Assembly: GCA_040771865.1 (NCBI GenBank)
Contig: JAXGZF010000011.1
Span: 62,001 to 98,347, forward strand
Origin: Desulfobacterales bacterium
GTDB lineage: Bacteria > Desulfobacterota > Desulfobacteria > Desulfobacterales > UBA2245
DNA length: 36,347 nucleotides
Direction of reading: 5' to 3'
Position 1 is the first letter of the stretch, and each line of letters starts with the position of its first letter. A model generated the notes under the pieces. The model did not search any database and was not told the DNA's origin. It saw nothing but the letters and a program-made list of their open reading frames with translations. Made by a program: the position numbers and the translations under genes. This document shows positions 9,837 through 19,124 of this stretch, piece after piece.

Positions 9837-10412
9837 TTGAAAAATTCGATCCGACAAAGGGCAATGGATCTGGGAGTAGATGACGCGGCTATCATTCCCA
9901 CCGATATGATTTCGGTTGAAGATCAAATTGTTGAATTCTGCAAGGCACCGCTTTGCGAGAGCTACGGAAACTGCGCTCATTGCCCGCCGCACGCCATTTC
10001 TCCGGCCCGAATGCGTCAAAAACTGGCCTCTTACCATCAGGGTCTGGTGTTTAAAATTCACGCGCCGACCACAATGCTTCAGACTGAAGAACAGTTTCTG
10101 TTTTTTCGCAAGGTCTTTGAAGTAACCGCCGAGCTTGAAAAATTTGCCCGGTTCGTAGGGTTTGAGCGGGCCGTGGGATTGGCTGCAGGCTCCTGCAAGT
10201 CCGTTTTTTGCAAAAACGTTTCGTGCCAGCTTCTGGAATCCGGAACCAACTGCCGATATCCCGCGCTGGCCAGACCTTCCATGGAGGCAACGGGCATTCA
10301 TGTTTTCAAGCTGATTCAGGATCTCGGGTGGGAAATTCACCGAATCAGCCATGCCACTGATCCGGACCGGGTTCCTCTCGGCACCCTTGCGGCCATGCTG
10401 ATTCTGGAATAA
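9837..10412 (+). CDS. DUF2284-like metal-binding protein
   Basis: C...C..YG.C..CPP, AGSC...C...C, CRYP.LARPSMEA.GI.V pattern. TTG start uncertain. Confidence 0.85.
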   Translation: MKNSIRQRAMDLGVDDAAIIPTDMISVEDQIVEFCKAPLCESYGNCAHCPPHAISPARMRQKLASYHQGLVFKIHAPTTMLQTEEQFLFFRKVFEVTAELEKFARFVGFERAVGLAAGSCKSVFCKNVSCQLLESGTNCRYPALARPSMEATGIHVFKLIQDLGWEIHRISHATDPDRVPLGTLAAMLILE

Positions 10413-10517
10413 CGGCAATTCCGGCTGTTTCTCGTCAACGGTAACGCGTCGGGTCGGCTCTTCCTCGCGCCGGGGCACACGGATGCACTGAATATAGCCG
10501 ATTACAAAGGGTCCGAA

Positions 10518-11660
10518 TCAATTAATTTTCATCAATTCTCTGGCGATAATCAGCCGCTGAATTTCGCTGGTCCCCTCGCCGATTTCACAGATCTTCGCAT
10601 CTCTCAGGAAGCGCTCGACAGCGTAAGACCGAAGGCAACCGTAGCCGCCGTGAATCTGCATCGCCTTGTTCGCGGCTCTTGTGGCGGTTTCAGAGGCATA
10701 AAGCTTTGCCATCGAGGCCTGCATGGTGCAAGGCAACCCCTGAGCGGCCAGAAAAGCCGCCCGGTATACAAGCAACCGGGCCGCCGAAATTTCCGTAGCC
10801 ATATCGGCCAGCATCCACTGAATCGCCTGAAACGACGCAATGGTTCGGCCAAACTGCTTGCGCCTGCGTGCGAATGTCAGGGAAGCTTCAAGGGCCGCCT
10901 GGCCCAGCCCCACGGCCATAGCGCCGATTCCCACCCGGCCCTGGTCCAGAATGCCGAGGGCATCTACCAACCCCCTTCCTTCCTGTCCCAAAAGGCTGTC
11001 CTTCGGAACCCACACGTCATTGAACCGCAAAACAGCGGTATCCGAGGCCCGGCACCCCATCTTGTCCAGCCTGGCCACTACCCTTAAACCGGGCGCGCCC
11101 GCCGCAACGATGAAAGCGCTGATGCCATGGCGATCCTGATCCGGTCCGGTTCTGGCCATGACAATGTAAACACCGGCCACCGAGCCCTGGGTCACAAACA
11201 TCTTGGTTCCGTTAAGAACCCATCCACCGGCCCTTTTCTCGGCCCTTGTTCGCAAGGATGCGGCGTCGCTGCCGCTTCGAACCTCTGCCAGCGCCCAGGC
11301 GCCGAGGCTTCGGCCGCTTGCCATGGCCGGCAAGAATTCCTGTTTCTGGGCCTCATCGCCCATCTGCAAAATATGACTGCAGGCAAGGCTGTGCGCTGCC
11401 AGGGTCAACGCCGAAGCGCCGTCGCAGCGCGCCAGTTCCTCAATCGCCAGAATCAGACAGACCGGATCCAAGCCCAGGCCTTTGTAGAATTTCGGAACGC
11501 TGATCCCCATCAGGCCTTCGGCAGCCAGACTTTCCATCGCTTCGTAGGGAAAGGTCCCTTGTTCATCCCGTTTCCGGGCATGCGGCGCCACATGTATTCG
11601 GGCAAGTCCGGCAACCTTTTTCCGAAAATCCTTCTGAAATTCATCGAGCTCAAAATTCAT
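10518..11660 (-). CDS. Acyl-CoA dehydrogenase
   Basis: GAWAL.E..SGSDA, NGTKMFVT, KMGCRASDT, R.QFG..I..FQA, QIHGGYG and IGEGTSEIQR. Start placed at MNFELDE; the longer ORF-track start lies inside a repeat. Confidence 0.95.
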   Translation of the reverse strand: MNFELDEFQKDFRKKVAGLARIHVAPHARKRDEQGTFPYEAMESLAAEGLMGISVPKFYKGLGLDPVCLILAIEELARCDGASALTLAAHSLACSHILQMGDEAQKQEFLPAMASGRSLGAWALAEVRSGSDAASLRTRAEKRAGGWVLNGTKMFVTQGSVAGVYIVMARTGPDQDRHGISAFIVAAGAPGLRVVARLDKMGCRASDTAVLRFNDVWVPKDSLLGQEGRGLVDALGILDQGRVGIGAMAVGLGQAALEASLTFARRRKQFGRTIASFQAIQWMLADMATEISAARLLVYRAAFLAAQGLPCTMQASMAKLYASETATRAANKAMQIHGGYGCLRSYAVERFLRDAKICEIGEGTSEIQRLIIARELMKIN

Positions 11661-11684
11661 TGTCTGTCTCCGGTCTGAAATTCC

Positions 11685-11860
11685 TGACGGTTTCGTAAAA
11701 AGCCAACAAGCATACAGGTCTCGTAATAAATCATAATTATGATGGTAAAGTGAAAAGTTCAAGGCATCGCAAGCCCCGAGCGATGAGACCCGCTTAGCGC
11801 ACGATGCAATGACGTAAGGTGCAGCGCGACGCAGAAATGGGACTATTTATGAAGACATCA
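11685..11860. repeat. Degenerate intergenic repeat, family B, copy 2
   Basis: TGACGGTTTCGTAAAAAG...GATGGTAAAGTGAAAAGTTCAAGGCATCGCAAGCCCCGAG...GCAGCGCGACGCAG...ACTATTTATGAAGACATCA, with imperfect inverted ends. Confidence 0.65.
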
Positions 11861-12135
11861 AATCTTATATCAACTCCTTCATTAAATGACAGCCTTAAAT
11901 TTTCCAGCGGAATCGAATGCGGTCCGGTTTGAAATCAACGCGACTCCGGTATCCATTCCGAAAAGCATCGGCAAATCGGCGGCAATCTTCACACAAAAAA
12001 AATCCTTGAGCTCACCCGGAGTTTCTCTATGGCTTTTGATGAAAAATTTTTATATAAATGCGGGGATTGAAAAAAGATTTCAACTCAAATTATATGGATA
12101 TGCAAACTTCAACAGGGTTTTGAAAAACAGAAATC

Positions 12136-14322
12136 ATGAAAATATTCATCAAACAATGGCGCATTCCATTTGCTTTCTTTTTGATTCTGATTCTGACGGC
12201 GCCGGAAGCAAGCCGGGCCGATTCGCCAGCGGTTCGTTCCACCCGGGAAAACGCTCAGGTCCTGCCAGCAGAACCCCTGATAGAGGAACTCTCCCCTCCG
12301 AAACAATATTCCAAAATCAGCGGAGAAATCCTCGGCCAGCTCCGGCTGCGGCATTTCCGCAAGATTGGCATCGACGACGCCTTTTCCGATCGTTTTTTTC
12401 AACGGCTCCTGTTGGACCTCGATGAAAACAAATACCATTTTCTGAAAAGCGATATCGACGAATTCGAGGTGTACCGTTACGGCCTTGATAATGCGCTTGC
12501 CCAAAAGGACCTGATGCCCGGCTACCTCATATTTAACCGATTCCGTACACGCCAGGTCCAGCGCCTGAATTACATGATTCAGCGTATCGAGGCGGGCATT
12601 AGCCTCATGGACTTTGAGGCGAACGAGAGCCTTCAAATCGAACGCAAAAACCTTCCCTGGCTTCAAACCATGGCCGAACTCGAGGACCTGTGGCGGAAGC
12701 AGGTCAAAAATGATGTGCTGAACCTGAAGCTGGACGGGGAAACCGCTGCGCCGGAGATAGAAAAAACCCTTCGAAAACGATACACAACTCGGCTGGATCG
12801 GGTTCTGAAGATCAACGAAGAGGATGTATTCCAAATATATATCGATGCGTTGACGCACACCTTTGATCCGCATACCGAATATTTTTCACCCCACCTCTGG
12901 GAAAACTTCAACATCCGCATGAGCCTGTCCCTGGAAGGAATCGGAGCGTTGCTTCAGCAGGATAACGAATACATCAAGATAGTCAGCCTGGTGCCCGGCG
13001 GACCTGCGGACAAGGACGGACGGCTTAAACCCGGCGATCGCATCACGGGTGTCGGTCAGGGCGTGGATGGGGAGATCGAGGATGTGGTGGGATGGCGCAT
13101 CGAGGATGTGGTGAACCTGATTCGAGGTCCCAAGGAGACCGTGGTGCGCATCAAGATTATTCCAACGGACGCCCGCAACGAACATCAGACCCAGATTATC
13201 GATGTGCTTCGCAATACGGTAAAGCTCGAAGACCAGGCTGCCAGGAAACAGGTGCTGACCCTGGAAGATGGCGGCATCTCTCATAAAATCGGCGTGATTG
13301 ACATTCCAACCTTTTACATTGATTTCAAGGGCTATCAGGAGGGAAATCCCAATTACCGGAGCACCACCCGTGATGTTCGCCGCTTGCTTGAGGAACTGAT
13401 CGATGCGGGCGTTGAAGGCATCATCATCGATCTTCGAAATAACGGCGGCGGTGCGCTTCAAGAGGTCAGCTCCCTGGTGGGGCTGTTTATTCCACACGGG
13501 CCCACGGTCCAGGTCAAACATGCCAATAAGCATGTTTCTCAAATATACAACGATGAGTCGACGTTTGTCTACGACGGCCCCCTGGCGGTGGCCGTCAACC
13601 GGCTCAGCGCATCGGCATCTGAAATCTTCGCCGGTGCTATTCAGGACTACGGCCGGGGGATCATTCTCGGTTCCCGGACCTTTGGCAAGGGTACCGTTCA
13701 ATCCCTGGTCAAACTCAGCAGCGGCGAACTGAAACTCACCATCGCAAAATTCTATCGAATTTCCGGAGGAAGCACTCAGAGCAAGGGTATTTCTCCGGAC
13801 ATCGCTTTCCCCGATGTTTTTGACATTCAGCAGATCGGCGAAAGCGAGCTGCCCGAATCGCTTCCATGGGATACCATAGAACCGGTCATTTACAATCATG
13901 ATCCGGGAATCAGGAAAGCTCTGGAACGGCTGAATGAACTCCATGAAGCACGCATCGCTGCAAATGCCGATTTTATATTCACCGACGTGCTGGCCGGCTA
14001 TCTTAAGCAAAAACAGGGAGAAACCCTGATTTCACTGAACAAGGATATTCGAAAAAAGCAAAAGGATCAGGATGAAACATGGCGGCTGAATCTTGAAAAT
14101 CAACGCCGCAAGGCAAAGGGACAGCCGATGCTGGAAAAGTTGGAGGAAGATCCGGCGGAGAACGATGCGGACATGCCTTTCAATCATAATGACAATGACA
14201 AGGACAAGGAACCGGACGCCTTTGTGATGGAAGGCGGATATATTCTGCTGGACTGGATGGAGTTGTCACGGCAGAACACGAATCCCCAGAACCTGATGAC
14301 AACCAAGCTTGCCGTTGAATGA
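12136..14322 (+). CDS. prc: Carboxy-terminal processing (tail-specific) protease, S41 family
   Basis: Signal peptide, DPHT.YFSP, SLEGIGA.L + PDZ, IIDLRNNGGG.L, SASASEIFAGAIQDYGR and TFGKGTVQ. Confidence 0.95.
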   Translation: MKIFIKQWRIPFAFFLILILTAPEASRADSPAVRSTRENAQVLPAEPLIEELSPPKQYSKISGEILGQLRLRHFRKIGIDDAFSDRFFQRLLLDLDENKYHFLKSDIDEFEVYRYGLDNALAQKDLMPGYLIFNRFRTRQVQRLNYMIQRIEAGISLMDFEANESLQIERKNLPWLQTMAELEDLWRKQVKNDVLNLKLDGETAAPEIEKTLRKRYTTRLDRVLKINEEDVFQIYIDALTHTFDPHTEYFSPHLWENFNIRMSLSLEGIGALLQQDNEYIKIVSLVPGGPADKDGRLKPGDRITGVGQGVDGEIEDVVGWRIEDVVNLIRGPKETVVRIKIIPTDARNEHQTQIIDVLRNTVKLEDQAARKQVLTLEDGGISHKIGVIDIPTFYIDFKGYQEGNPNYRSTTRDVRRLLEELIDAGVEGIIIDLRNNGGGALQEVSSLVGLFIPHGPTVQVKHANKHVSQIYNDESTFVYDGPLAVAVNRLSASASEIFAGAIQDYGRGIILGSRTFGKGTVQSLVKLSSGELKLTIAKFYRISGGSTQSKGISPDIAFPDVFDIQQIGESELPESLPWDTIEPVIYNHDPGIRKALERLNELHEARIAANADFIFTDVLAGYLKQKQGETLISLNKDIRKKQKDQDETWRLNLENQRRKAKGQPMLEKLEEDPAENDADMPFNHNDNDKDKEPDAFVMEGGYILLDWMELSRQNTNPQNLMTTKLAVE

Positions 14323-14330
14323 GTCCTTCA

Positions 14331-14831
14331 TCATCCCTGGTCGATCAGCTTCCGGTCAATCACGTGCCGGTAAAGATCGTCCGGATGAACATGGGCTCCC
14401 GAAATCGCCTTGCCGCGGACCGATACTCCGGCCCGGTGAACCGAATGCCGATCCCCGGAAATCAAGGGATGCCACCAGGGTAAGTCCTTTCCTTCGGAAA
14501 CGAGCCGGTAGGCGCAGGTTTTTGGAAGCCATCTGAAACGCAGGACCGTTTCGGGCGCCATGGTCAGGCAGTCAGGCATCTGACGATGGCGATGTTCGTA
14601 GTCCGTGCACCGGCATGAGACAAGGTCGAGCAGCTGGCAGGCGACGCTGGTATAATATACTTTTCCGGTTTTGGGGTTTTTGAGCTTTTCCAGACAGCAT
14701 CTACCGCATCCGTCGCATAAGGATTCCCATTGCTCGGGCGTCATCCGGTTCAGCGGCGTTGTTTTCCAGAAAGGCGGATTCAGGTCCGGCGCCGTCGTAT
14801 TTTGGGGGTCCATACAGTCAGCCTTATTCAA
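14331..14831 (-). CDS. ycgN: YcgN/UPF0260 cysteine-cluster protein
   Basis: FWK...L..M...QWESLCDGCGRCCL.KL, WLP.TCAYR and WHPLISG. Start may be the second Met. Confidence 0.92.
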   Translation of the reverse strand: MNKADCMDPQNTTAPDLNPPFWKTTPLNRMTPEQWESLCDGCGRCCLEKLKNPKTGKVYYTSVACQLLDLVSCRCTDYEHRHRQMPDCLTMAPETVLRFRWLPKTCAYRLVSEGKDLPWWHPLISGDRHSVHRAGVSVRGKAISGAHVHPDDLYRHVIDRKLIDQG

Positions 14832-14846
14832 TGTTTTAAATCAATC

Positions 14847-15806
14847 ATGGTTGATACAAAACGCAGGGCATCCATTGTCATCGCAACATTCGAAGCCGGA
14901 AAACCCCTGATTGATTTCCTTTCCAGCCGTTTCCGGTATCATGACCGGAACCAGTGGCTGGAACATATCGATCAGAACCGCCTGATGATCAACGGTTTTC
15001 CGGCTGCCGCCGACTCCGTCCTTCAGGCCGGAGATTTTCTGGAATACTGTTTTCAATCCATTCCGGAGCCAACGGTGGATCCCGATTTTTCCATCATCTT
15101 TGAAGACCGCCATATTCTGGTAATCAACAAGCCGCCCTGCCTGCCCTGTCATCCGGCAGGCCGGTATTTTTACCATACCCTCTGGAGCCTCTTAAGAAAA
15201 GCCGGAATCTGCTCTCATATGGAGCTGATCAACCGCATTGACCGGGAAACCTCCGGCCTTGTTCTGATCGCCAAGACATCTGAGGCCGCGCACGTCTGTC
15301 GGCATCAGTTTGAAAAGCGCCGGGTTTTCAAGCGATACTTGGCGCTGGTCCATGGCCGGTTCACGGAAAAACGGATCATGGCCCGGGGCTGGATAGCTCC
15401 GGATTCCGCCAGCAGGATTCGAAAAAAACAACGTTTTTACCCCCTCGCCCGAACGCCCGCGCTCAATGCCAAGGCCTGCACAACCCTGATTTGCAAAAAA
15501 AATTCCGGAGATCGGGTCAGCCTGGTTCAAGCCGTTGCCCGCACGGGCCGCAACCACCAGATTCGGGCCACGCTGCTGGCACTGGGATATCCGGTGGTCG
15601 GAGACAAGCTCTACGGCCTGGATGAGGAGATCTTTATCCGGTTTATCGAAAACCGGCTCGATCATGCGGACATGGCCAAGCTGATGATTTCTCACCAGGC
15701 GCTTCATGCCGCTGAACTTCAATTGCTTCATCCGGAAAGCCGGCTGCCGGTCCGCTTTTTGGCGCCGATGCCGGCCGAAATGAAAAAGCTCGCCGATCAG
15801 ATATAA
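14847..15806 (+). CDS. RluA-family pseudouridine synthase
   Basis: INKP..LP.HP, NRIDRETSGL (catalytic Asp), TGRNHQIR, GYPVVGDKLYG and QALHA. Start placed at ATG 14847. Confidence 0.93.
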   Translation: MVDTKRRASIVIATFEAGKPLIDFLSSRFRYHDRNQWLEHIDQNRLMINGFPAAADSVLQAGDFLEYCFQSIPEPTVDPDFSIIFEDRHILVINKPPCLPCHPAGRYFYHTLWSLLRKAGICSHMELINRIDRETSGLVLIAKTSEAAHVCRHQFEKRRVFKRYLALVHGRFTEKRIMARGWIAPDSASRIRKKQRFYPLARTPALNAKACTTLICKKNSGDRVSLVQAVARTGRNHQIRATLLALGYPVVGDKLYGLDEEIFIRFIENRLDHADMAKLMISHQALHAAELQLLHPESRLPVRFLAPMPAEMKKLADQI

Positions 15807-15953
15807 GGGCTTCTTACAAAATCAAAATTCCAACGGCTACGTAAAAAATTCAAGATCGAGGCATCGCAAATCCAGAATATATGTCGTTCATGGGGTGCCA
15901 GGAACCGATGGATGCCGCGCCGCACGTAAACTGGTCTTTTCGCGATGTCATCA
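15807..15953. repeat. Degenerate intergenic repeat, family B, copy 3
   Basis: CGTAAAAAATTCAAGATCGAGGCATCGCAAATCC...GCCGCGCCGCACGTAAACTGGTCTTTTCGCGATGTCATCA fills the gap between convergent genes. Confidence 0.6.
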
Positions 15954-17207
15954 GGCCTGATCTTCGACCCACAGGCGGCAGAGGTTGACAATCACCTCGG
16001 CGGATTTCTGAAGCGCGATCTCCGGTATCCATTCCATCAGGGAATGAAACATCATTCCACCGGTAAATAAATTGGGCGTCGGCATGCCCATGAAGGTGAA
16101 CCTGGCCCCGTCCGTGCCGCCGCGGACCGCCGAACGGAAAGGTTGAATTCCGGCAAGCTCTATGGCGCGTTCGGCCTTTTGAATCACCTGGGGATATCGG
16201 GCCATTATACCGGCCATGTTGCGATACTGTTCCCTGGTCTGCACGGAAATCTTCAGTCCGCGGCACCGGTGTTCAAACAAGCCGGCCATCTTTCGAATCA
16301 ATTCAACGCGTCGTGCATTTTCGGAATGATCAAAATCCCGAAGGATCAGCGAAACCCTGGCCCGGCTTTCTTCCCCCGAGATGCGGGTAAGATGAAAAAA
16401 GCCTTCCCGGTTTTCAGTATGCTCGGGCGTCTCGTATTCCGGAAGCGCGGCCACGAAACGCGCGGCCAGCGAACCGGCATTAACCATTCGGTTCTTTGCC
16501 GCGCCGGGATGCACGTTCAGCCCGATGAATTCGAGATCTACGCTCACGGCATCAAAGCATTCATCCTCCAGCATGCCGATCCTGCCGCCGTCGATCGTGT
16601 ATCCGAAGTCCCCAAGCTTTTCCATGCGGATATGATCCGCCCCTTTTCCGATTTCCTCGTCCGGTGTGAACACAATGCAAAGCGTCGGATGATCCAGATG
16701 GCCAAAGGTCTGAAATGCCGACAGGACCGCCATGATTTCGGCGATTCCCGCCTTGTCGTCGGCGCCCAGCAGGGTGTCGCCCGAAGCGGTAATCAGGGTG
16801 CGGCCGACAAATTCTTTCAGTTCCGGGCACTGATCCGGGGATAGAACCAGATCCGGATTTTCGGGAAAGGCAATCCGGCCTCCGTTGTAATTTTCATGCA
16901 CCACGGGACGCACATTCGTTCCGCTGACCGACGGCGCCGTATCCATATGCGCGCAGAAGGTCAGAACCGGCGCATTCTGCCGGGATGCGGGAAGCTGCGC
17001 ATAGACATACCCGAAGCTGTCCCGCTCGGCATTCGATAGGCCCAGCGCTTCAAGCTCCCGGACCAGATGACCGGCAAACTCCCACTGACCCGGGGAGGAC
17101 GGGTGTCTGTTCGAATCCGGGTCCGATCTCGTATCAAAGGTCACGTAATTCAAAAACCGGTTTTTTGCCTCCTCAAGCAAAAAGGCTCTGATCCTGTCTT
17201 CCGGCAT
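15951..17207 (-). CDS. pepT: Peptidase T (M20B tripeptidase)
   Basis: RFL.YV..DT.S, AHMDT, TLLGADDKAGIAEI, FTPDEEIG.G, HPG.AK..MVNA and RGGTDG. AAGGA lies 9 nt before ATG 17207; alternative start at 17243. Confidence 0.95.
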   Translation of the reverse strand: MPEDRIRAFLLEEAKNRFLNYVTFDTRSDPDSNRHPSSPGQWEFAGHLVRELEALGLSNAERDSFGYVYAQLPASRQNAPVLTFCAHMDTAPSVSGTNVRPVVHENYNGGRIAFPENPDLVLSPDQCPELKEFVGRTLITASGDTLLGADDKAGIAEIMAVLSAFQTFGHLDHPTLCIVFTPDEEIGKGADHIRMEKLGDFGYTIDGGRIGMLEDECFDAVSVDLEFIGLNVHPGAAKNRMVNAGSLAARFVAALPEYETPEHTENREGFFHLTRISGEESRARVSLILRDFDHSENARRVELIRKMAGLFEHRCRGLKISVQTREQYRNMAGIMARYPQVIQKAERAIELAGIQPFRSAVRGGTDGARFTFMGMPTPNLFTGGMMFHSLMEWIPEIALQKSAEVIVNLCRLWVEDQA

Positions 17208-17320
17208 ACAATTCATTCCTTTCTCAACGAGAATCTTATCCATGTTCGCCGCCTCTGCATTCGACCTCCAAATTCGAATAAATTTAATTCATTAAAATGA
17301 TCTCGTTCAAAATGCGGTAC

Positions 17321-17351
17321 ATCTTGACAAAACCGCCTGCTTTGTCAAGAT
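17321..17351. promoter_or_regulatory. Perfect 11-bp inverted repeat between divergent pepT and thioesterase genes
   Basis: ATCTTGACAAA-accgcctgc-TTTGTCAAGAT; each arm contains TTGACA. Confidence 0.5.
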
Positions 17352-17432
17352 TAAAACTTTCCGTCAATATGTCCGCCGATGGCGCCGGCGTTTTGAATAT
17401 CCAGTTGCAACAGGGAAAGGATCGATCCGCGC

Positions 17433-18221
17433 ATGGAAGCAAAATATGAAAAAATCTTCAAGGTTCGCGTCAACGAGGTGAACTTTAAAGGAGAGCTCAA
17501 GCTTTCCAGCATGCTGAACTATTTCCAGGATGTGTCCATTGAACATTCATCCGATCTCGGATTTCCCATTTCCATGCTGATTCAGAAAAATCTCACCTGG
17601 GTGGTTTCCCGCTACCATCTGCAAATAAACCGCGCGCCGCTGTGGGGCGAGACGCTTCACGCGGTCACCTGGCCCTCGGATTCCCGGGGCCGGTTCGCCA
17701 TTCGGGATTTCGAAATACGGGACAAAAAGGACTTTTGCGTGGTTGCCGCCACCGCATCATTCATGCTGCTGGATTTTGTTCAGAAAAAAACCGTTTCCAT
17801 CGAGGAAAACCTTCCCGCGTATCCGGTCGTGCCGGCCCGGGCCGTCGCCGACAGCTTCGAACCCCTTCCCGGCCTGAAGCGGGTGGATTTTCAAAGACCC
17901 TTTCATGTACGCATGCATGACCTTGATTTAAACCACCACGTCAACAACATCTACTATGTAGAGTGGGCCATAGAGAGCCTTCCCATGGATATCGTTCAGA
18001 ACTGCCGCATCGCCCGGATCGAGGTGGCGTATCGCGGCCAGGCTGTTTATGGGGATGAAATCCTTTCCCAGGCCCAGATGACCAGTGAGGGGAACGAATC
18101 CATCGTCATCCACCGGATTATGCGAAAATCAGATGACAGGGAGCTGGCGCGCCTGAAAACACAATGGGCCCACGCCCAGAGCGGCTGTCATGATGTCTTT
18201 AAAGCCAAGCGTCTGGCCTAG
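17433..18221 (+). CDS. Acyl-ACP thioesterase family protein
   Basis: Double hot-dog pattern: YFQD....H, WVVSRY, DLDLNHHVNN..YVEW. Confidence 0.9.
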   Translation: MEAKYEKIFKVRVNEVNFKGELKLSSMLNYFQDVSIEHSSDLGFPISMLIQKNLTWVVSRYHLQINRAPLWGETLHAVTWPSDSRGRFAIRDFEIRDKKDFCVVAATASFMLLDFVQKKTVSIEENLPAYPVVPARAVADSFEPLPGLKRVDFQRPFHVRMHDLDLNHHVNNIYYVEWAIESLPMDIVQNCRIARIEVAYRGQAVYGDEILSQAQMTSEGNESIVIHRIMRKSDDRELARLKTQWAHAQSGCHDVFKAKRLA

Positions 18222-18225
18222 CGCT

Positions 18226-18627
18226 TCACCGGATGCGCTTACGGAATCTGTATCCGCTGGAAAAGCATCCACCCGAGATAAGCGGGCGGAATCCGATCAT
18301 GAACCGGCTTGACTCGTAATAGGTTTTTCCATGAGTAAGAAACACGGCCAGAACCAGACCCGCAAACACGGCAGACGCCCTGAGCCCCATGGACAGGCAG
18401 CTCCATTTCAGAATGGCCGAATCCAGAACGCTGAAAACCAGCGCCGAGAAAAGCCCGAGCACCGCAATGCAGCTGAGCCGTATCCGCACAAGGACCGGAC
18501 CCAGGTATCGAAACCATTGCGTATTCTGAAGAAAATCCGTGTAAAGATTGGCGCCCACCCCCGGCACCAGACCAGAACCGGTTCCCAGAACAACAATCAG
18601 CAAAACGGCATGATCGTTATATCGCAA
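18226..18627 (-). CDS. Possible small membrane protein
   Basis: Three hydrophobic segments; fills the gap convergent on the thioesterase; no recognisable motif, start uncertain. Confidence 0.3.
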   Translation of the reverse strand: MRYNDHAVLLIVVLGTGSGLVPGVGANLYTDFLQNTQWFRYLGPVLVRIRLSCIAVLGLFSALVFSVLDSAILKWSCLSMGLRASAVFAGLVLAVFLTHGKTYYESSRFMIGFRPLISGGCFSSGYRFRKRIR

Positions 18628-18919
18628 GCCTCATGGCCGAAACTCGGAAACCGGTTCATCACTCTTCGACGAAATTCATCGAGGCTTCACCAGCTGTTGA
18701 CGGCGTTTTTTTAATGAATCGCCCTTGCAATTCGATTCCGGTTTATCGACTGAAGCTCGAACTGTCCCTGCATTCAAATCAGGAATATAAACCGCCGTTG
18801 TTGATTTTGAATCGACCCAACGGGTAATTTGAATTTAATATGTTGATTTTATTATATGTTATTATTCAGATATAGTTTGACTTTCGCGAAAACCTTTTTT
18901 AGTTTGATGCTGGCATTAG

Positions 18920-19062
18920 CAGGGTGTTGAAAAACAAGAATCAGGCCGTCAGGCAAGGCGCGCGGCGATACGACAAGCGCAGCATATTCAAGCATATGTG
19001 AGCATTGTCGAGAGCCGCGCAACGCGGAATGGCGGCCTCAGACGCAATTTTTCAACAGCCTG
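18920..19062 (+). mobile_element. 143-bp MITE, family A, copy 4
   Basis: Same TIRs and body; TTAG duplicated on both sides. Confidence 0.9.
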
Positions 19063-19124
19063 TTAGACTCGTCTGATCTTACGTTTTTAATTTAACACAA
19101 TAAAACAATCAGTTAAGGACTGCC

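Noticed and set aside
11661..11762. N-terminal extension of acyl-CoA dehydrogenase given in the ORF track
   Set aside because: It lies in repeat family B; the family-typical start is MNFEL at 11660.
12886..14010. 374-aa minus-strand ORF (likewise 27669-28727 and 34038-34883)
   Set aside because: Antisense shadows of prc, hipA and the ARH gene, with no motifs of their own.
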